Origin: Clavibacter sp. B3I6
GTDB lineage: Bacteria; Actinomycetota; Actinomycetes; Actinomycetales; Microbacteriaceae
Length of the DNA stretch: 64,000 nt
Direction of reading: 5' to 3'
Assembly: GCF_030816895.1 (NCBI RefSeq)
Contig: NZ_JAUSYL010000001.1
Location: forward strand, 3,069,682 to 3,133,681
The position numbers were made by a program, and so were the translations under genes. How positions within the stretch are numbered: position 1 is the stretch's first letter; each line of letters begins with the position of its first letter. Positions 53,513 through 63,020 of this stretch are shown piece by piece. The notes under the pieces are model-generated. The model was not told the origin of the DNA, made no database searches, and saw only the letters and a program-made list of their open reading frames with translations.

Positions 53513-53704
53513 GCTGATCCTCCCGGCATCCGGCGCGGAGGCCGTCCGGTCGGCGCGCGCACGGCGTCAGGGCGCCGAGCCACTGGCAGTGTAACAAGCG
53601 CGTAACGGGCACGGCGGTGCCCGCGCGGCCGGATCGACGGTCGCTGGCTAGAATCGACGGGGCCCTGATCGGGTCATCCCCGATTCGGAGACGGAACCAC
53701 CAGC

Positions 53705-54451
53705 TTGAGCAGTCTCACGATCGTGATCCCCACCTACGAGGAGGCGCGCAACGTCGGGGAGCTGCTGCCCCGCCTCGCCGCCATGTCCGCCGAGAACCCC
53801 GACGTCCGCATCACCGCGATGATCGTCGACGACTCCTCGCCCGACGGCACCGCCGACCTCGCCCGGTCGCTCGCGGCCGACGTCGCGACCGACACGTTCG
53901 ACGTGCGCGTCGAGACCCGCGCGGAGAAGGCCGGCCTCGGCGCCGCGTACATCTGGGCCTTCGAGCGGCTCCTCGAGGCCGACGAGCCGCCCACGCACAT
54001 CCTGCAGATGGACGCCGACCTCTCGCACGACCCCGCCTACATCACCGAGATGCTGCGCCGGGTGCGCGGCGGCGCGGACCTCGTGGTCGCCTCCCGCTAC
54101 ATCCGCGGCGGCGCGACGCCCGACTGGGACCTCAAGCGCCGCTTCCTCAGCGTGGGCGGCAACCTCTACACGCGGCTGTTCCTCGGGTCCCGCATCACCG
54201 ACTACACGGGCGGCTTCAACCTGTACGAGACGGGGCTGCTGCGCCGGATCACGCCGTCGACCATCACGACCACCGGCTACGGCTTCCAGATCGAGATGAA
54301 GCAGCGGGCGCTCCGGTACGCGAAGCGCCCCACCGAGGTCGCGATCGTGTTCATGGACCGCGCCGAGGGCGAGTCGAAGATCCCGAGCGACACGCTCGTG
54401 ACGAACCTGCTGCTCGTCCTCCGCCTGCGCTTCGGGGGCCGCCGGCCCTGA
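53705..54451 (+). CDS. ppm1: polyprenol-phosphate mannosyltransferase (GT2, Ppm1/DPM1-like); TTG start
   Basis: 248 aa; IVIPTYEE...DDSSPDGT...DADLSHDP GT2 motifs; divergent from gtrA. Confidence 0.8.
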   Translation: MSSLTIVIPTYEEARNVGELLPRLAAMSAENPDVRITAMIVDDSSPDGTADLARSLAADVATDTFDVRVETRAEKAGLGAAYIWAFERLLEADEPPTHILQMDADLSHDPAYITEMLRRVRGGADLVVASRYIRGGATPDWDLKRRFLSVGGNLYTRLFLGSRITDYTGGFNLYETGLLRRITPSTITTTGYGFQIEMKQRALRYAKRPTEVAIVFMDRAEGESKIPSDTLVTNLLLVLRLRFGGRRP

Positions 54452-54510
54452 TCCCGAGCGGACGGCCGCGGCAGCCGACCGCCCTCCTCCGGGCCGCTCC
54501 CGCCGCCGGC

Positions 54511-55362
54511 TCAGCCCGCGGGCGCGTGCAGCGGATCGTGCGGGGCGCGCTGGTGCGGGCGCGCCGGCGCGATGATCGTGCCGCGCCGTCCGAGCCCGTC
54601 GACCACGGGATCGGTCGCCCCCAGCACCTGCGAGCGCGCGGTGCCGTGGCGGGCCCAGTACGCCGCCGTCCACGCGCAGATGAGGCCGTCGAGCAGGTCC
54701 TCGAGGTGCTTGTGCTGCCGCTCCACGATCGCGGGTCCGTCGGCGACGAGGGCGGCCGCGCGCGGGTGCGTCGCCACGTCGAGCGGCGGATCCGCGTGCG
54801 CGAGCCCCGCGACCCGGTCGAGGACGATCCGGAACTCGGCGGCGCGGTGGGGGCGGCGGTCGGCGGTCGCGAGCAGCGGGGCGAGGCGCTTGTACCGCGG
54901 CTTCATGGCGTCGAAGCCGAGCTCCGGGGCGCCGACGAGCGTCGTGTACGGGTAGCACTCGATCATCGTGCGGGCGTCGTCGGCGCGGTCGGTGGCGGAG
55001 CCGTCGTCGTAGTCCCAGCCCGCCGCCTCGAGCCGCGTGCGGAGCGCGACGGCGCCCTGGGCGGGGCGGCCGGCGTTCGACGGGTAGGCGGAGATGCCGA
55101 GCCGGCCGTAGCGCGACGCGACCTCCTTCTCGGCGAGGCGGCTGCCGGTGGCGTTCGCGACGACCAGCGGGCCGTCGACGGCGGCGACCGCGCCGGGACC
55201 GCCCCACTCCTCCGTCCAGGCGACCACGGCGTCGATGCCGCGCGCCACCCGGAGGTCGAGCACGCGGCCCTCCTCGTCGATGCAGGCGAGCCCCGTCTCC
55301 CGGGCCGGACGGGCCGCCGTGCCCTCCGCCCAGGCGAGGTCGATCCCGAGGAAGCGGCGCAT
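54511..55362 (-). CDS. DUF429-domain protein (RNase-H-like fold)
   Basis: 283 aa; GIDLAW N-terminal motif. Confidence 0.55.
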   Translation of the reverse strand: MRRFLGIDLAWAEGTAARPARETGLACIDEEGRVLDLRVARGIDAVVAWTEEWGGPGAVAAVDGPLVVANATGSRLAEKEVASRYGRLGISAYPSNAGRPAQGAVALRTRLEAAGWDYDDGSATDRADDARTMIECYPYTTLVGAPELGFDAMKPRYKRLAPLLATADRRPHRAAEFRIVLDRVAGLAHADPPLDVATHPRAAALVADGPAIVERQHKHLEDLLDGLICAWTAAYWARHGTARSQVLGATDPVVDGLGRRGTIIAPARPHQRAPHDPLHAPAG

Positions 55363-55468
55363 CCGACGAGCCTATCCGCGGGCCCGGGAGCCCCCGGGCG
55401 GCCGGAGGGCCGCTAGTAGTGTCGAGGGATCCTCCTGCCACGAGCGACGAGACGATGGAGCCTCCACC

Positions 55469-56986
55469 ATGACCCCTGTGAGCCCGAACGACGACCGCAT
55501 CCCCACCCCCGACGGCCACCCCGTCCGGACCGAGACCGACAGCCTGGGGAGCCTCGATGTCCCGGCCGACGCCTACTGGGGGATCCACACGGCGCGCGCG
55601 CTCGAGAACTTCCCGATCAGCCTCCGGCCGTTGAGCGTCTACCCGGACTTCGTGGTCGCGCTCGCGCAGGTGAAGCAGGCGGCGGCCCGCGCCAACGTGC
55701 AGATCGGCGTGCTCGACGCGCGGAAGGCGCGGCAGATCGACGAGGTCTGCTCGGAGATCATCGCGGGGGAGCTGCACGACCAGTTCGTGGTCGGCGTGAT
55801 CCAGGGCGGCGCCGGCACGAGCACCAACATGAACACCAACGAGGTCATCGCGAACCGCGCCCTCGAGCGGGCCGGCCACGCGCTCGGCGACTACCGGCAC
55901 ATGCACCCGCTGGACGACGTGAACCGCAGCCAGTCCACCAACGACACGTACCCGACCGCGCTCAAGGTGGCGCTCATCCACTCGCTGCGGCAGACGCTCG
56001 ACGAGCTGGAGCTGCTGCGGATGTCGTTCCTCACCAAGAGCGCGCAGTTCTCGCAGGTGCTGAAGGTCGGCCGCACGCAGCTGCAGGACGCCGTGCCCAT
56101 GACGCTCGGCCAGGAGTTCCACGGCTTCGCCACCACGCTCGGCGAGGACCACGCGCGCCTCGGCGAGCTCGTGCCGCTGCTGTCGGAGATCAACCTGGGC
56201 GCGACGGCGATCGGCACGGGCATCACGGCGGATCCGAACTACGCGGCCGCCGTGCGCGGGCACCTCAGCGCCATCACGGGCTACACGCTCGTGACCGCGA
56301 GCGACCTCATCGAGGCGACGAGCGACGCGGGCGTGTTCATGACCCTCTCCTCGACGCTCAAGCGGAGCGCGATCAAGCTCTCGAAGATCTGCAACGACCT
56401 CCGGCTGCTGTCGTCGGGTCCGCAGGCGGGGCTCGGCGAGATCAACCTGCCGCCCCGGCAGGCGGGGTCGAGCATCATGCCCGGCAAGGTCAACCCGGTG
56501 ATCCCCGAGGTCGTCAACCAAGTTGCGTTCTCCATCGCGGGCGCGGACGTGACGGTGACGATGGCGGCCGAGGGCGGGCAGCTGCAGCTCAACGCGTTCG
56601 AGCCGGTCATCGCGCACTCACTGCTGCAGTCGCTCAGCTGGCTGCGGAACGCCGCGTGGACGCTGCGGGTGAACTGCATCGACGGGATCACCGCGAACAC
56701 GGAGCGGCTGGCGGCGCAGGTGGAGTCGTCGGTCGGCGTCGTCACGGCGCTCACGCCGTACATCGGCTACGCCGCCTCCTCCAGCCTCGCGAAGACGGCG
56801 CTCATGACGAGCGCGTCGATCCCGGACCTCGTGGTCGAGGCGGGCCTCATGACGCGGTCGCAGGTGGAGAAGATCCTCGCGCCCGACCGGCTATCGGGCC
56901 TCGAGCCCGTGACCGCGGCCATGTCCGTGATCACGCCGGAGATGCTCGCCGCCCACGCGGCCGAGCAGGGCGGCGCCCTCAGCTGA
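55469..56986 (+). CDS. aspA: aspartate ammonia-lyase (fumarase/aspartase family)
   Basis: ~505 aa; GSSIMPGKVNP signature; TNDTYPTA motif. Confidence 0.85.
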   Translation: MTPVSPNDDRIPTPDGHPVRTETDSLGSLDVPADAYWGIHTARALENFPISLRPLSVYPDFVVALAQVKQAAARANVQIGVLDARKARQIDEVCSEIIAGELHDQFVVGVIQGGAGTSTNMNTNEVIANRALERAGHALGDYRHMHPLDDVNRSQSTNDTYPTALKVALIHSLRQTLDELELLRMSFLTKSAQFSQVLKVGRTQLQDAVPMTLGQEFHGFATTLGEDHARLGELVPLLSEINLGATAIGTGITADPNYAAAVRGHLSAITGYTLVTASDLIEATSDAGVFMTLSSTLKRSAIKLSKICNDLRLLSSGPQAGLGEINLPPRQAGSSIMPGKVNPVIPEVVNQVAFSIAGADVTVTMAAEGGQLQLNAFEPVIAHSLLQSLSWLRNAAWTLRVNCIDGITANTERLAAQVESSVGVVTALTPYIGYAASSSLAKTALMTSASIPDLVVEAGLMTRSQVEKILAPDRLSGLEPVTAAMSVITPEMLAAHAAEQGGALS

Positions 56987-57059
56987 CAGGCGCCTCGACG
57001 ACGACAGCGCGCCGCGGCCCGAGGGCTGCGGCGCGCTGTCGTATCCGGCGGATCCGGCG

Positions 57060-58118
57060 CTAGGCGTCCGGGTCCGCGGCGGTGCGGGCCGGCGTGGTGC
57101 CGGACGCGTCGTCCGCGGAGGCGTCGTGCGCGGGCTCCTCGCGGTGCACGGATCCGGCGATGTCGGCCGGGGTGGGGACGTGCGGGGCGCCGGCGGCGGT
57201 CGGCTCCGGGGCCGCCTTCCGCTTCGGCGCGGGCGTCCCGGAGGCGGCCGTGGGAGTGGGCGCGGGCGCGGCGGGCACGGTCGGATCCGTCTCGGCGGCG
57301 GGCTCCTCGTCGGCGTCGGCCGGCTCGCCCAGGTCGTCGGGGCCGAGGGTGTCGAGGTCCTCGTCCGCGTCGTCCTCGGTGCCGTCCGCGGAGGCGTCGG
57401 CCTCGCCGGCGCGCGCGGCGCCGTCCTCGGGGATCGGGACGGGGCCGGTCTCGTCCTCGTCGTCGAAGGACGCGAGCGCCTCGTCGCGCGCCTCGGCGGC
57501 CGTGAAGACGGCGCGGCGGCCGGCCTCCTCGCCGCGCTCGCGCAGGTCCTCGGCCGTCGCCTGGACGCGCGTGCGCGCCTCCTCGGCGGTCTCGACGACG
57601 CGGCCGCGGACGTCCTCGGCCGTCTCGGCGACGCGGTGGCCGACCTCGGTGGCCTGCTGGCCGACGCGGTCGACGACGTGCTTGGTCTGGTCCGCCGTGC
57701 GGGTGCCGAGGTCCTTGGCGGTGTCGCCGACCCGTCCCGCGATGTCCTGGGTGGTGCTGCCGACCCGGCCCGCGATGTCCTGGGTCGTGCTGCCGACGCG
57801 ACCGGCGACGTCCTGCGTGGTGGTGCCGATGCGCTCGCCCACGGTGTGCGCGGTGCGGCCGACGGCGACGGCGGCGCCCTGGACGGCGTGCCCGACGAAG
57901 TCCGCGACCTCGCGCGCCGTCTCGACCGTGCGCTCGACGACGACCGGCCCCTTCTCGTCGAGGACGGCCTGCGCCTCGCGGACGCCCCGCTGCACGGGTG
58001 CGCTCGACCAGACGGTGCGCGACGCGCGGGCGATGCCCTCGTAGCGCTTCCGGCCGGCACGTGCGCCGAGGACGTAGCCGGTGCCGAGCCCGGCGAGGAG
58101 GAGGAGACGGTTGATCAT
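57060..58118 (-). CDS. YtxH/LEA-like membrane-anchored stress protein with 11-residue repeats and an acidic tail
   Basis: N-terminal TM (LLLLAGLGTGYVLGARAGRKRYE); three tandem TTQD(V/I)AGRVGS repeats encoded by 33-bp DNA repeats; long D/E/P-rich C-terminus. Confidence 0.6.
   Translation of the reverse strand: MINRLLLLAGLGTGYVLGARAGRKRYEGIARASRTVWSSAPVQRGVREAQAVLDEKGPVVVERTVETAREVADFVGHAVQGAAVAVGRTAHTVGERIGTTTQDVAGRVGSTTQDIAGRVGSTTQDIAGRVGDTAKDLGTRTADQTKHVVDRVGQQATEVGHRVAETAEDVRGRVVETAEEARTRVQATAEDLRERGEEAGRRAVFTAAEARDEALASFDDEDETGPVPIPEDGAARAGEADASADGTEDDADEDLDTLGPDDLGEPADADEEPAAETDPTVPAAPAPTPTAASGTPAPKRKAAPEPTAAGAPHVPTPADIAGSVHREEPAHDASADDASGTTPARTAADPDA
57721..57830. repeat. 33-bp tandem repeat (~3.5 copies) inside the LEA-like gene
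   Basis: gtgctgccgacccggcccgcgatgtcctgggtg units. Confidence 0.8.
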
Positions 58119-58161
58119 CCGTCCAGCCTAGACGCGCCGGTCGGGGATCGACCGGGAGGGG

Positions 58162-58299
58162 CTACGCGTCCCGCCCGCCCTGGGGGCCCGTGGCGTCGTG
58201 CACCTCGTCCGCGTCGGGATCCGCCGCGTCGGGCGCGTTGAGGTCGGCGTCCTCCGGGATGGAGTGGTCGTGGATCGGGTCCTGCGGCTGGTCGGTCAT
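58162..58299 (-). CDS. small acidic peptide (45 aa), paralog of the A-D family
   Basis: MTDQPQDPIHDHSIPEDADLNAPDAADPDADEVHDATGPQGGRDA; shares the PEDAD..APDA.D.DA motif; weak RBS. Confidence 0.3.
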   Translation of the reverse strand: MTDQPQDPIHDHSIPEDADLNAPDAADPDADEVHDATGPQGGRDA

Positions 58300-58340
58300 G
58301 CGGTCGAGCCTACGCGCGGGCGTCGACCGCCCGACCCGGG

Positions 58341-59219
58341 TCAGAGGATGCGCGTGTGCGTGGTGAGCGAGCCGATGCCCTCGACCGAGACGGTGACCGT
58401 GCTGCCGTCCTTCAGGAAGATCTGCGGGTCGCGCGAGTAGCCGGCGCCGCTCGTGGTGCCCGTGGAGATGAGCGTGCCCGGCTGCAGCGTGGAGGAGGTG
58501 GAGAGGTAGGAGACGAGGCGCGCGACCGTGCGGACCATGCCGCTCGTGCGTCCGTCCTGCACCGTCTCGCCGTCGAGGACCGTGGTGATGCGGAGGTCCT
58601 GCGGATCCGGCACCTCGTCGCGCGTGACGACGACGGGACCCGTGGGGGAGAAGCCGTCGAAGCTCTTGCAGCGGCTCCACTGCTGCTCCGAGAACTGCAG
58701 GTTGCGGGCCGTGATGTCGTTGACGACCGTGTAGCCGAAGACGTGGTCGAGGGCGTCCGCCTCCGACACGTCGCGCGCGGCCCGGCCGATGACGACGCCG
58801 AGCTCGACCTCGTAGTCGACCTCCTCGCTGAGCGAGCGCGGCCAGCTGGTGGTGCCCTCGTGGCCCGAGAGCGAGTTGGGCCAGAGCGCGAAGACGGTGG
58901 GGGCGGAGGCGCTCGTGATGTTGAGCTCCTCGGCGTGCGCGGAGTAGTTGAGGCCCACGGCGTAGACGGCCGGCGGGCGGAGGATCGCGGAGGCGTGCGT
59001 GAGGCCGTCCACCGGGGTGGTGCTGGTGCGGCTGGCGACGGCGCGCTCGACGGTGGCGCGGACGCGGGCCATCTCGTCGTCGCCGCGCTCGATGAGGTCC
59101 TGCAGGTCGCGAGGGGACTCGTCGAGCACCTCGTCGAGGAAGAGCGCCTGGCCCTCGGAGACGATGGCGGCCAGTCGGGGGGTCACGCCGTCGTCGGCGA
59201 GCAGGTGCGCGAACTTCAT
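58341..59219 (-). CDS. fumarylacetoacetate-hydrolase (FAH) family protein
   Basis: 292 aa; FAH-fold metal-binding E..E..D pattern. Confidence 0.8.
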   Translation of the reverse strand: MKFAHLLADDGVTPRLAAIVSEGQALFLDEVLDESPRDLQDLIERGDDEMARVRATVERAVASRTSTTPVDGLTHASAILRPPAVYAVGLNYSAHAEELNITSASAPTVFALWPNSLSGHEGTTSWPRSLSEEVDYEVELGVVIGRAARDVSEADALDHVFGYTVVNDITARNLQFSEQQWSRCKSFDGFSPTGPVVVTRDEVPDPQDLRITTVLDGETVQDGRTSGMVRTVARLVSYLSTSSTLQPGTLISTGTTSGAGYSRDPQIFLKDGSTVTVSVEGIGSLTTHTRIL

Positions 59220-59329
59220 GCCACCACCGTATCGGGCGGGCGCGGTGGGCCGCGGTTGCGGTCATAACGTGCATGGGGCGTGCATCCCGCGTGCATCCCG
59301 CGTGCACGCGCACGCGCGACCGCGGCGGA

Positions 59330-61852
59330 TCAGTCCTCGCGCACGACCTCGTCGGGGGACTTGTCGTGCCGCCAGCCCCGCCACGAGGCCTGGCGGAGGC
59401 GGCCGGTCGCGGTCCACTCGGCGAACTCGACCTCGCCGACGAGGCGCGGGGTGATCCAGTGCGCGTCGCGGGCGTCGGCGGCCGGCACGTCGGCGAAGGG
59501 GGTCGTCTTCCGCTCGAGCGGCCGGAAGCGTCGGAGGGCGTCGGCCAGGTCGCGCTCCGTGAAGCCCGTGCCGACGCGGCCCGCGTACGCGAGGCCGTCC
59601 GGTCCGGGCACGCCGACGAGCAGCGAGCCGACGCCGGAGGAGCGGCTGCCGGATCCGGGGCGCCAGCCGCCCACGACCACCTCCTGCGCCCGGTGGTGCT
59701 TGACCTTCACCCACGCGCTCGACCGCCGCCCGGACTCGTAGGGCGCGTCCACGCGCTTGGCGACGACGCCCTCGAGGCCGAGCTCGCGGCTGGTGGCGAG
59801 GGCGTCGTCGAGGTCGCCGTCGAACGCGGGCGGGACCTGGATGCGGCCGCGGTCCGGCGCGCGCACGGCGTCGAGGAGGGCGGCGCGGCGCTCCCGGTAC
59901 GGCGCGTCGACGAGGACGCGGTCGCCGATGGCGAGCGCGTCGAAGAGCATGAGGTGCACGGGCGCGGCCTTCCGGGCCCGGGCGACGTCCTTCTCCGCGG
60001 TGAGGCCGAGGCGCGTCTGCAGGAGCCCGAAGTCGGGCCGGCCGTCGGCGCCCAGCACGACGATCTCGCCGTCGAGCACGGCCGCGTCCACGTCGAGCTG
60101 GTCCGGCAGCTCGGCGAGCTCGGGGAAGGCGGCCGTGAGGTCGACGCCGTTGCGGCTCGTGATGGTCGCGCGGCCGTCCGCGACGACGGCGATCGCGCGG
60201 TAGCCGTCCCACTTCATCTCGACGGCCCACTCCTCGTCGGGGTCGAGGCCGGCGGCGGTCGCGGCGGTCGCGAGCATGGGCGCGGGGGCGGACGCCGCGC
60301 CGCCTCGCCGCCGGGCGCCGACGCGCGTGCGTCCGCCCGCCTTCTCGAGCTTCGCGGCGCGCGCGGGCCGTGCGTGCGCCGTCGCGGGCGCGTCGGCGGG
60401 CTCCATCAGGTGGATCAGCCAGTTCGCGTCGGCCTTGCCGTGCCCGCCCGTGTGGATGAGCGCGTAGCGGCGCGGCCCGTCGATCCCGGTGCCCGCGCCG
60501 CGCCCGTGCAGCGTCGCGATGACCTCCTTCCCGTCGCGCCACTTCTCCAGCTCGTAGGTGCCCGCGTCCCAGATGGCGACCTCGCCGCCGCCGTACTCGC
60601 CCGCGGGGATGGTGCCCTCGAAGGAGCCGTACTCGACGGGGTGGTCCTCGGTCTGCACCGCGAGGTGGTTCGTGCCGTGCTCGGTGGGCACGCCCTTGGG
60701 GAGGGCCCAGCTCACGAGCACGCCGTCGTGCTCCAGCCGGAAGTCCCAGTGCAGCGCGCGGGCGTGGTGCTCCTGGATCACGAAGGACCGGCCCTCGGAC
60801 GGCGCGGGCGGCTCCGCGGGGACCGGCTCGCTCGTCTTGGCGGCGTCGCGCTTGGCGCGGTAGGTCGCGAGGCGGTCGGATCCGGGATCGGGCGCGTCGC
60901 CCGTGCCCTCCTTCCGCGCGAAGGAGGCCAGGCGCTCGGGCGTGGGCTCCAGGCTCTCCCGGTTGCCCTCCTCGACGGGGGCGAGCGGATCCTCCCGCGT
61001 CCGCATGCGGTCGAGGACCTCGTGCATCTCCAGGTGGCGCAGGGCGGGCGACGCGAGCTCGCGCCAGGTGCGCGGCACCGCGACGGTCGGCCGCGAGCGC
61101 CCGCGCAGCGAGTACGGCGCCACCGTGGTCTTGTTCGGGTTGTTCTGGCTCCAGTCGACGAGCACCTTGCCCTGCCGGAGCGCCTTCTTCATGTCGCTCA
61201 CCACGAGGTCCGGGTGGTCGGCCTCGAGCGCGCGGGCGAGCTCGTGCGCGACCTCGGAGATCGCCGCGGCGTCGTGGCTGCCGTCGAGGGCGGCGTAGAG
61301 GTGGATGCCCTTGGATCCGCTCGTCACCGGGTAGGGCTCGAGGCCCATGTCGCGGAGGATCGCGCGGGCCGCCTTCGCGACCTCCACGCACTCGGGGAGG
61401 CCGGCGCCCGGGCCCGGGTCGAGGTCGAGCACGAGCCGGTCGGGTCGGCGGACGTCGCCCGTGCGGCCGAAGCGCCACTGGGGCACGTGCAGCTCGAGCG
61501 CGGCGATCTGCCCGAGCCAGGTGAGGGTCGCGACGTCGTTCGCCAGGGGGTAGTCGTTGGCGTGGTCGCGGTGCTGGATGGCGCGGCGCAGCACCCACTC
61601 CGGCGTGTGCGCGTCGAGGTCCTTCTGGAAGAACATCTTCCCCGGGTGCTCGTCGGTGCCGACGCCGTCGACCCAGCGCTTGCGCGTGACGGGCCGGTCG
61701 CGCAGGTGCGGGATCATGTGCGGCGCTACGCCTGCGTAGTACGCGATGACGTCGCCCTTGGTGGTGCCCGTCTCCGGGTAGAGCACCTTGTCGAGGTTCG
61801 ACAGCGTGATCCGCCGCCCCTCGACCTCCACCTGCTGCTTCGCGCCCGCCAT
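59330..61852 (-). CDS. ligD: multidomain ATP-dependent DNA ligase LigD (Pol - PE - Lig)
   Basis: polymerase/primase domain, phosphoesterase domain (FVIQEHHARALHWDFRLE), ligase domain with KxDG (EMKWDGYR); start trimmed to Met-28 of the listed ORF so it does not overlap ku. Confidence 0.85.
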   Translation of the reverse strand: MAGAKQQVEVEGRRITLSNLDKVLYPETGTTKGDVIAYYAGVAPHMIPHLRDRPVTRKRWVDGVGTDEHPGKMFFQKDLDAHTPEWVLRRAIQHRDHANDYPLANDVATLTWLGQIAALELHVPQWRFGRTGDVRRPDRLVLDLDPGPGAGLPECVEVAKAARAILRDMGLEPYPVTSGSKGIHLYAALDGSHDAAAISEVAHELARALEADHPDLVVSDMKKALRQGKVLVDWSQNNPNKTTVAPYSLRGRSRPTVAVPRTWRELASPALRHLEMHEVLDRMRTREDPLAPVEEGNRESLEPTPERLASFARKEGTGDAPDPGSDRLATYRAKRDAAKTSEPVPAEPPAPSEGRSFVIQEHHARALHWDFRLEHDGVLVSWALPKGVPTEHGTNHLAVQTEDHPVEYGSFEGTIPAGEYGGGEVAIWDAGTYELEKWRDGKEVIATLHGRGAGTGIDGPRRYALIHTGGHGKADANWLIHLMEPADAPATAHARPARAAKLEKAGGRTRVGARRRGGAASAPAPMLATAATAAGLDPDEEWAVEMKWDGYRAIAVVADGRATITSRNGVDLTAAFPELAELPDQLDVDAAVLDGEIVVLGADGRPDFGLLQTRLGLTAEKDVARARKAAPVHLMLFDALAIGDRVLVDAPYRERRAALLDAVRAPDRGRIQVPPAFDGDLDDALATSRELGLEGVVAKRVDAPYESGRRSSAWVKVKHHRAQEVVVGGWRPGSGSRSSGVGSLLVGVPGPDGLAYAGRVGTGFTERDLADALRRFRPLERKTTPFADVPAADARDAHWITPRLVGEVEFAEWTATGRLRQASWRGWRHDKSPDEVVRED

Positions 61853-61889
61853 CGGTCCAGCATGGCCCGGGCCGGTGTTCACTTGACCC

Positions 61890-62954
61890 ATGAGAGCCAT
61901 CTGGAAGGGCGCCGTCACCTTCGGCCTCGTCAACGTGCCCGTGAAGGTCTACAGCGCGACGCAGGACCACGACGTGCCGCTGCACCAGGTCCACGACGCC
62001 GACGGCGGCCGGATCCGCTACCAGCGCCGCTGCGAGATCTGCGGGAAGATCGTCGACTACGCGCACATCGACAAGGCGTTCGACGACGGCGACCGCACGG
62101 TCGTGATCACGGAGGAGGACCTCTCCTCCCTCCCCGAGGAGAAGAGCCGCGAGATCGACGTGGTCGAGTTCGTGCCGAGCGACCAGATCGACCCCGTGAT
62201 GCTCGACCGCAGCTACTTCCTCGAGCCGGACTCCTCGAGCCCCAAGTCGTACGCGCTCCTCCGCCGGACGCTGCAGGAGACGGACCGTACGGCGATCGTG
62301 CACGTGACCCTCCGCCAGCGCACCCGGCTCGCGGCGCTGCGGGTCCGCGGCGACGTGCTCATGCTGCAGACGCTCCTCTGGGACGACGAGGTGCGCGAGG
62401 CCGACTTCCCGTCGCTCGACGCCGCCCCGAAGGTGTCGCCGCGGGAGCTGAAGATGTCGGCGCAGCTCGTCGAGGGGTTCGCGGAGGACTTCGACCCGTC
62501 GAAGTTCAGCGACGAGTACCAGGAGCAGCTGAAGACCCTCATCGACGCGAAGCTCGCGCAGGGCGACTCGCTCGACACGGACGCGACCTTCGGGGAGTCC
62601 GACGACGACGAGGACACCGGCGGCGAGGTGCTCGACCTCATGGACGCGCTGAAGCGCAGCATCGAGCGGAGCAGGGGCGGGGGAGGCGCGAAGCGGAAGG
62701 CGCCCGCGCGGAAGCCCGCGGGGGAGGGGAAGGCGGCGGCGTCGGAGGACGCGGAGGACGCGGACGACGCGTCGGCGGAGGCAGCGACCACGACGGCGGC
62801 GGCGAAGAAGACGGCGACGAAGAAGACGGCGACGAAGAAGGCGTCGACCGCGAAGGCCGCGGCGACGAAGAAGGCGACGACGACCACGAAGACGACGACG
62901 ACGACGCGGTCGACGGCCGCGGGGAAGCGGACCGCAGAGAAGAAGAGCGCCTAG
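61890..62954 (+). CDS. ku: Ku protein (NHEJ) with Lys/Thr/Ala-rich C-terminal tail
   Basis: 354 aa; Ku core (MRAIWKGAVTFGLVNVPVKVYSA...); C-terminal KKTAT-type repeats. Confidence 0.9.
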   Translation: MRAIWKGAVTFGLVNVPVKVYSATQDHDVPLHQVHDADGGRIRYQRRCEICGKIVDYAHIDKAFDDGDRTVVITEEDLSSLPEEKSREIDVVEFVPSDQIDPVMLDRSYFLEPDSSSPKSYALLRRTLQETDRTAIVHVTLRQRTRLAALRVRGDVLMLQTLLWDDEVREADFPSLDAAPKVSPRELKMSAQLVEGFAEDFDPSKFSDEYQEQLKTLIDAKLAQGDSLDTDATFGESDDDEDTGGEVLDLMDALKRSIERSRGGGGAKRKAPARKPAGEGKAAASEDAEDADDASAEAATTTAAAKKTATKKTATKKASTAKAAATKKATTTTKTTTTTRSTAAGKRTAEKKSA

Positions 62955-63020
62955 GCTTCCGCACGCGGTCGAAGTCGGCGACCGGTCGCTGCGGACCACT
63001 GGTGCGCCCGCGCGAGCAGC

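Noticed and set aside
61853-61933. 27-codon N-terminal extension of ligD (TTG start) overlapping ku
   Set aside because: It is antisense to the ku start. The LigD Pol domain begins at the internal Met (MAGAKQQVEVEG...), giving a normal divergent arrangement.
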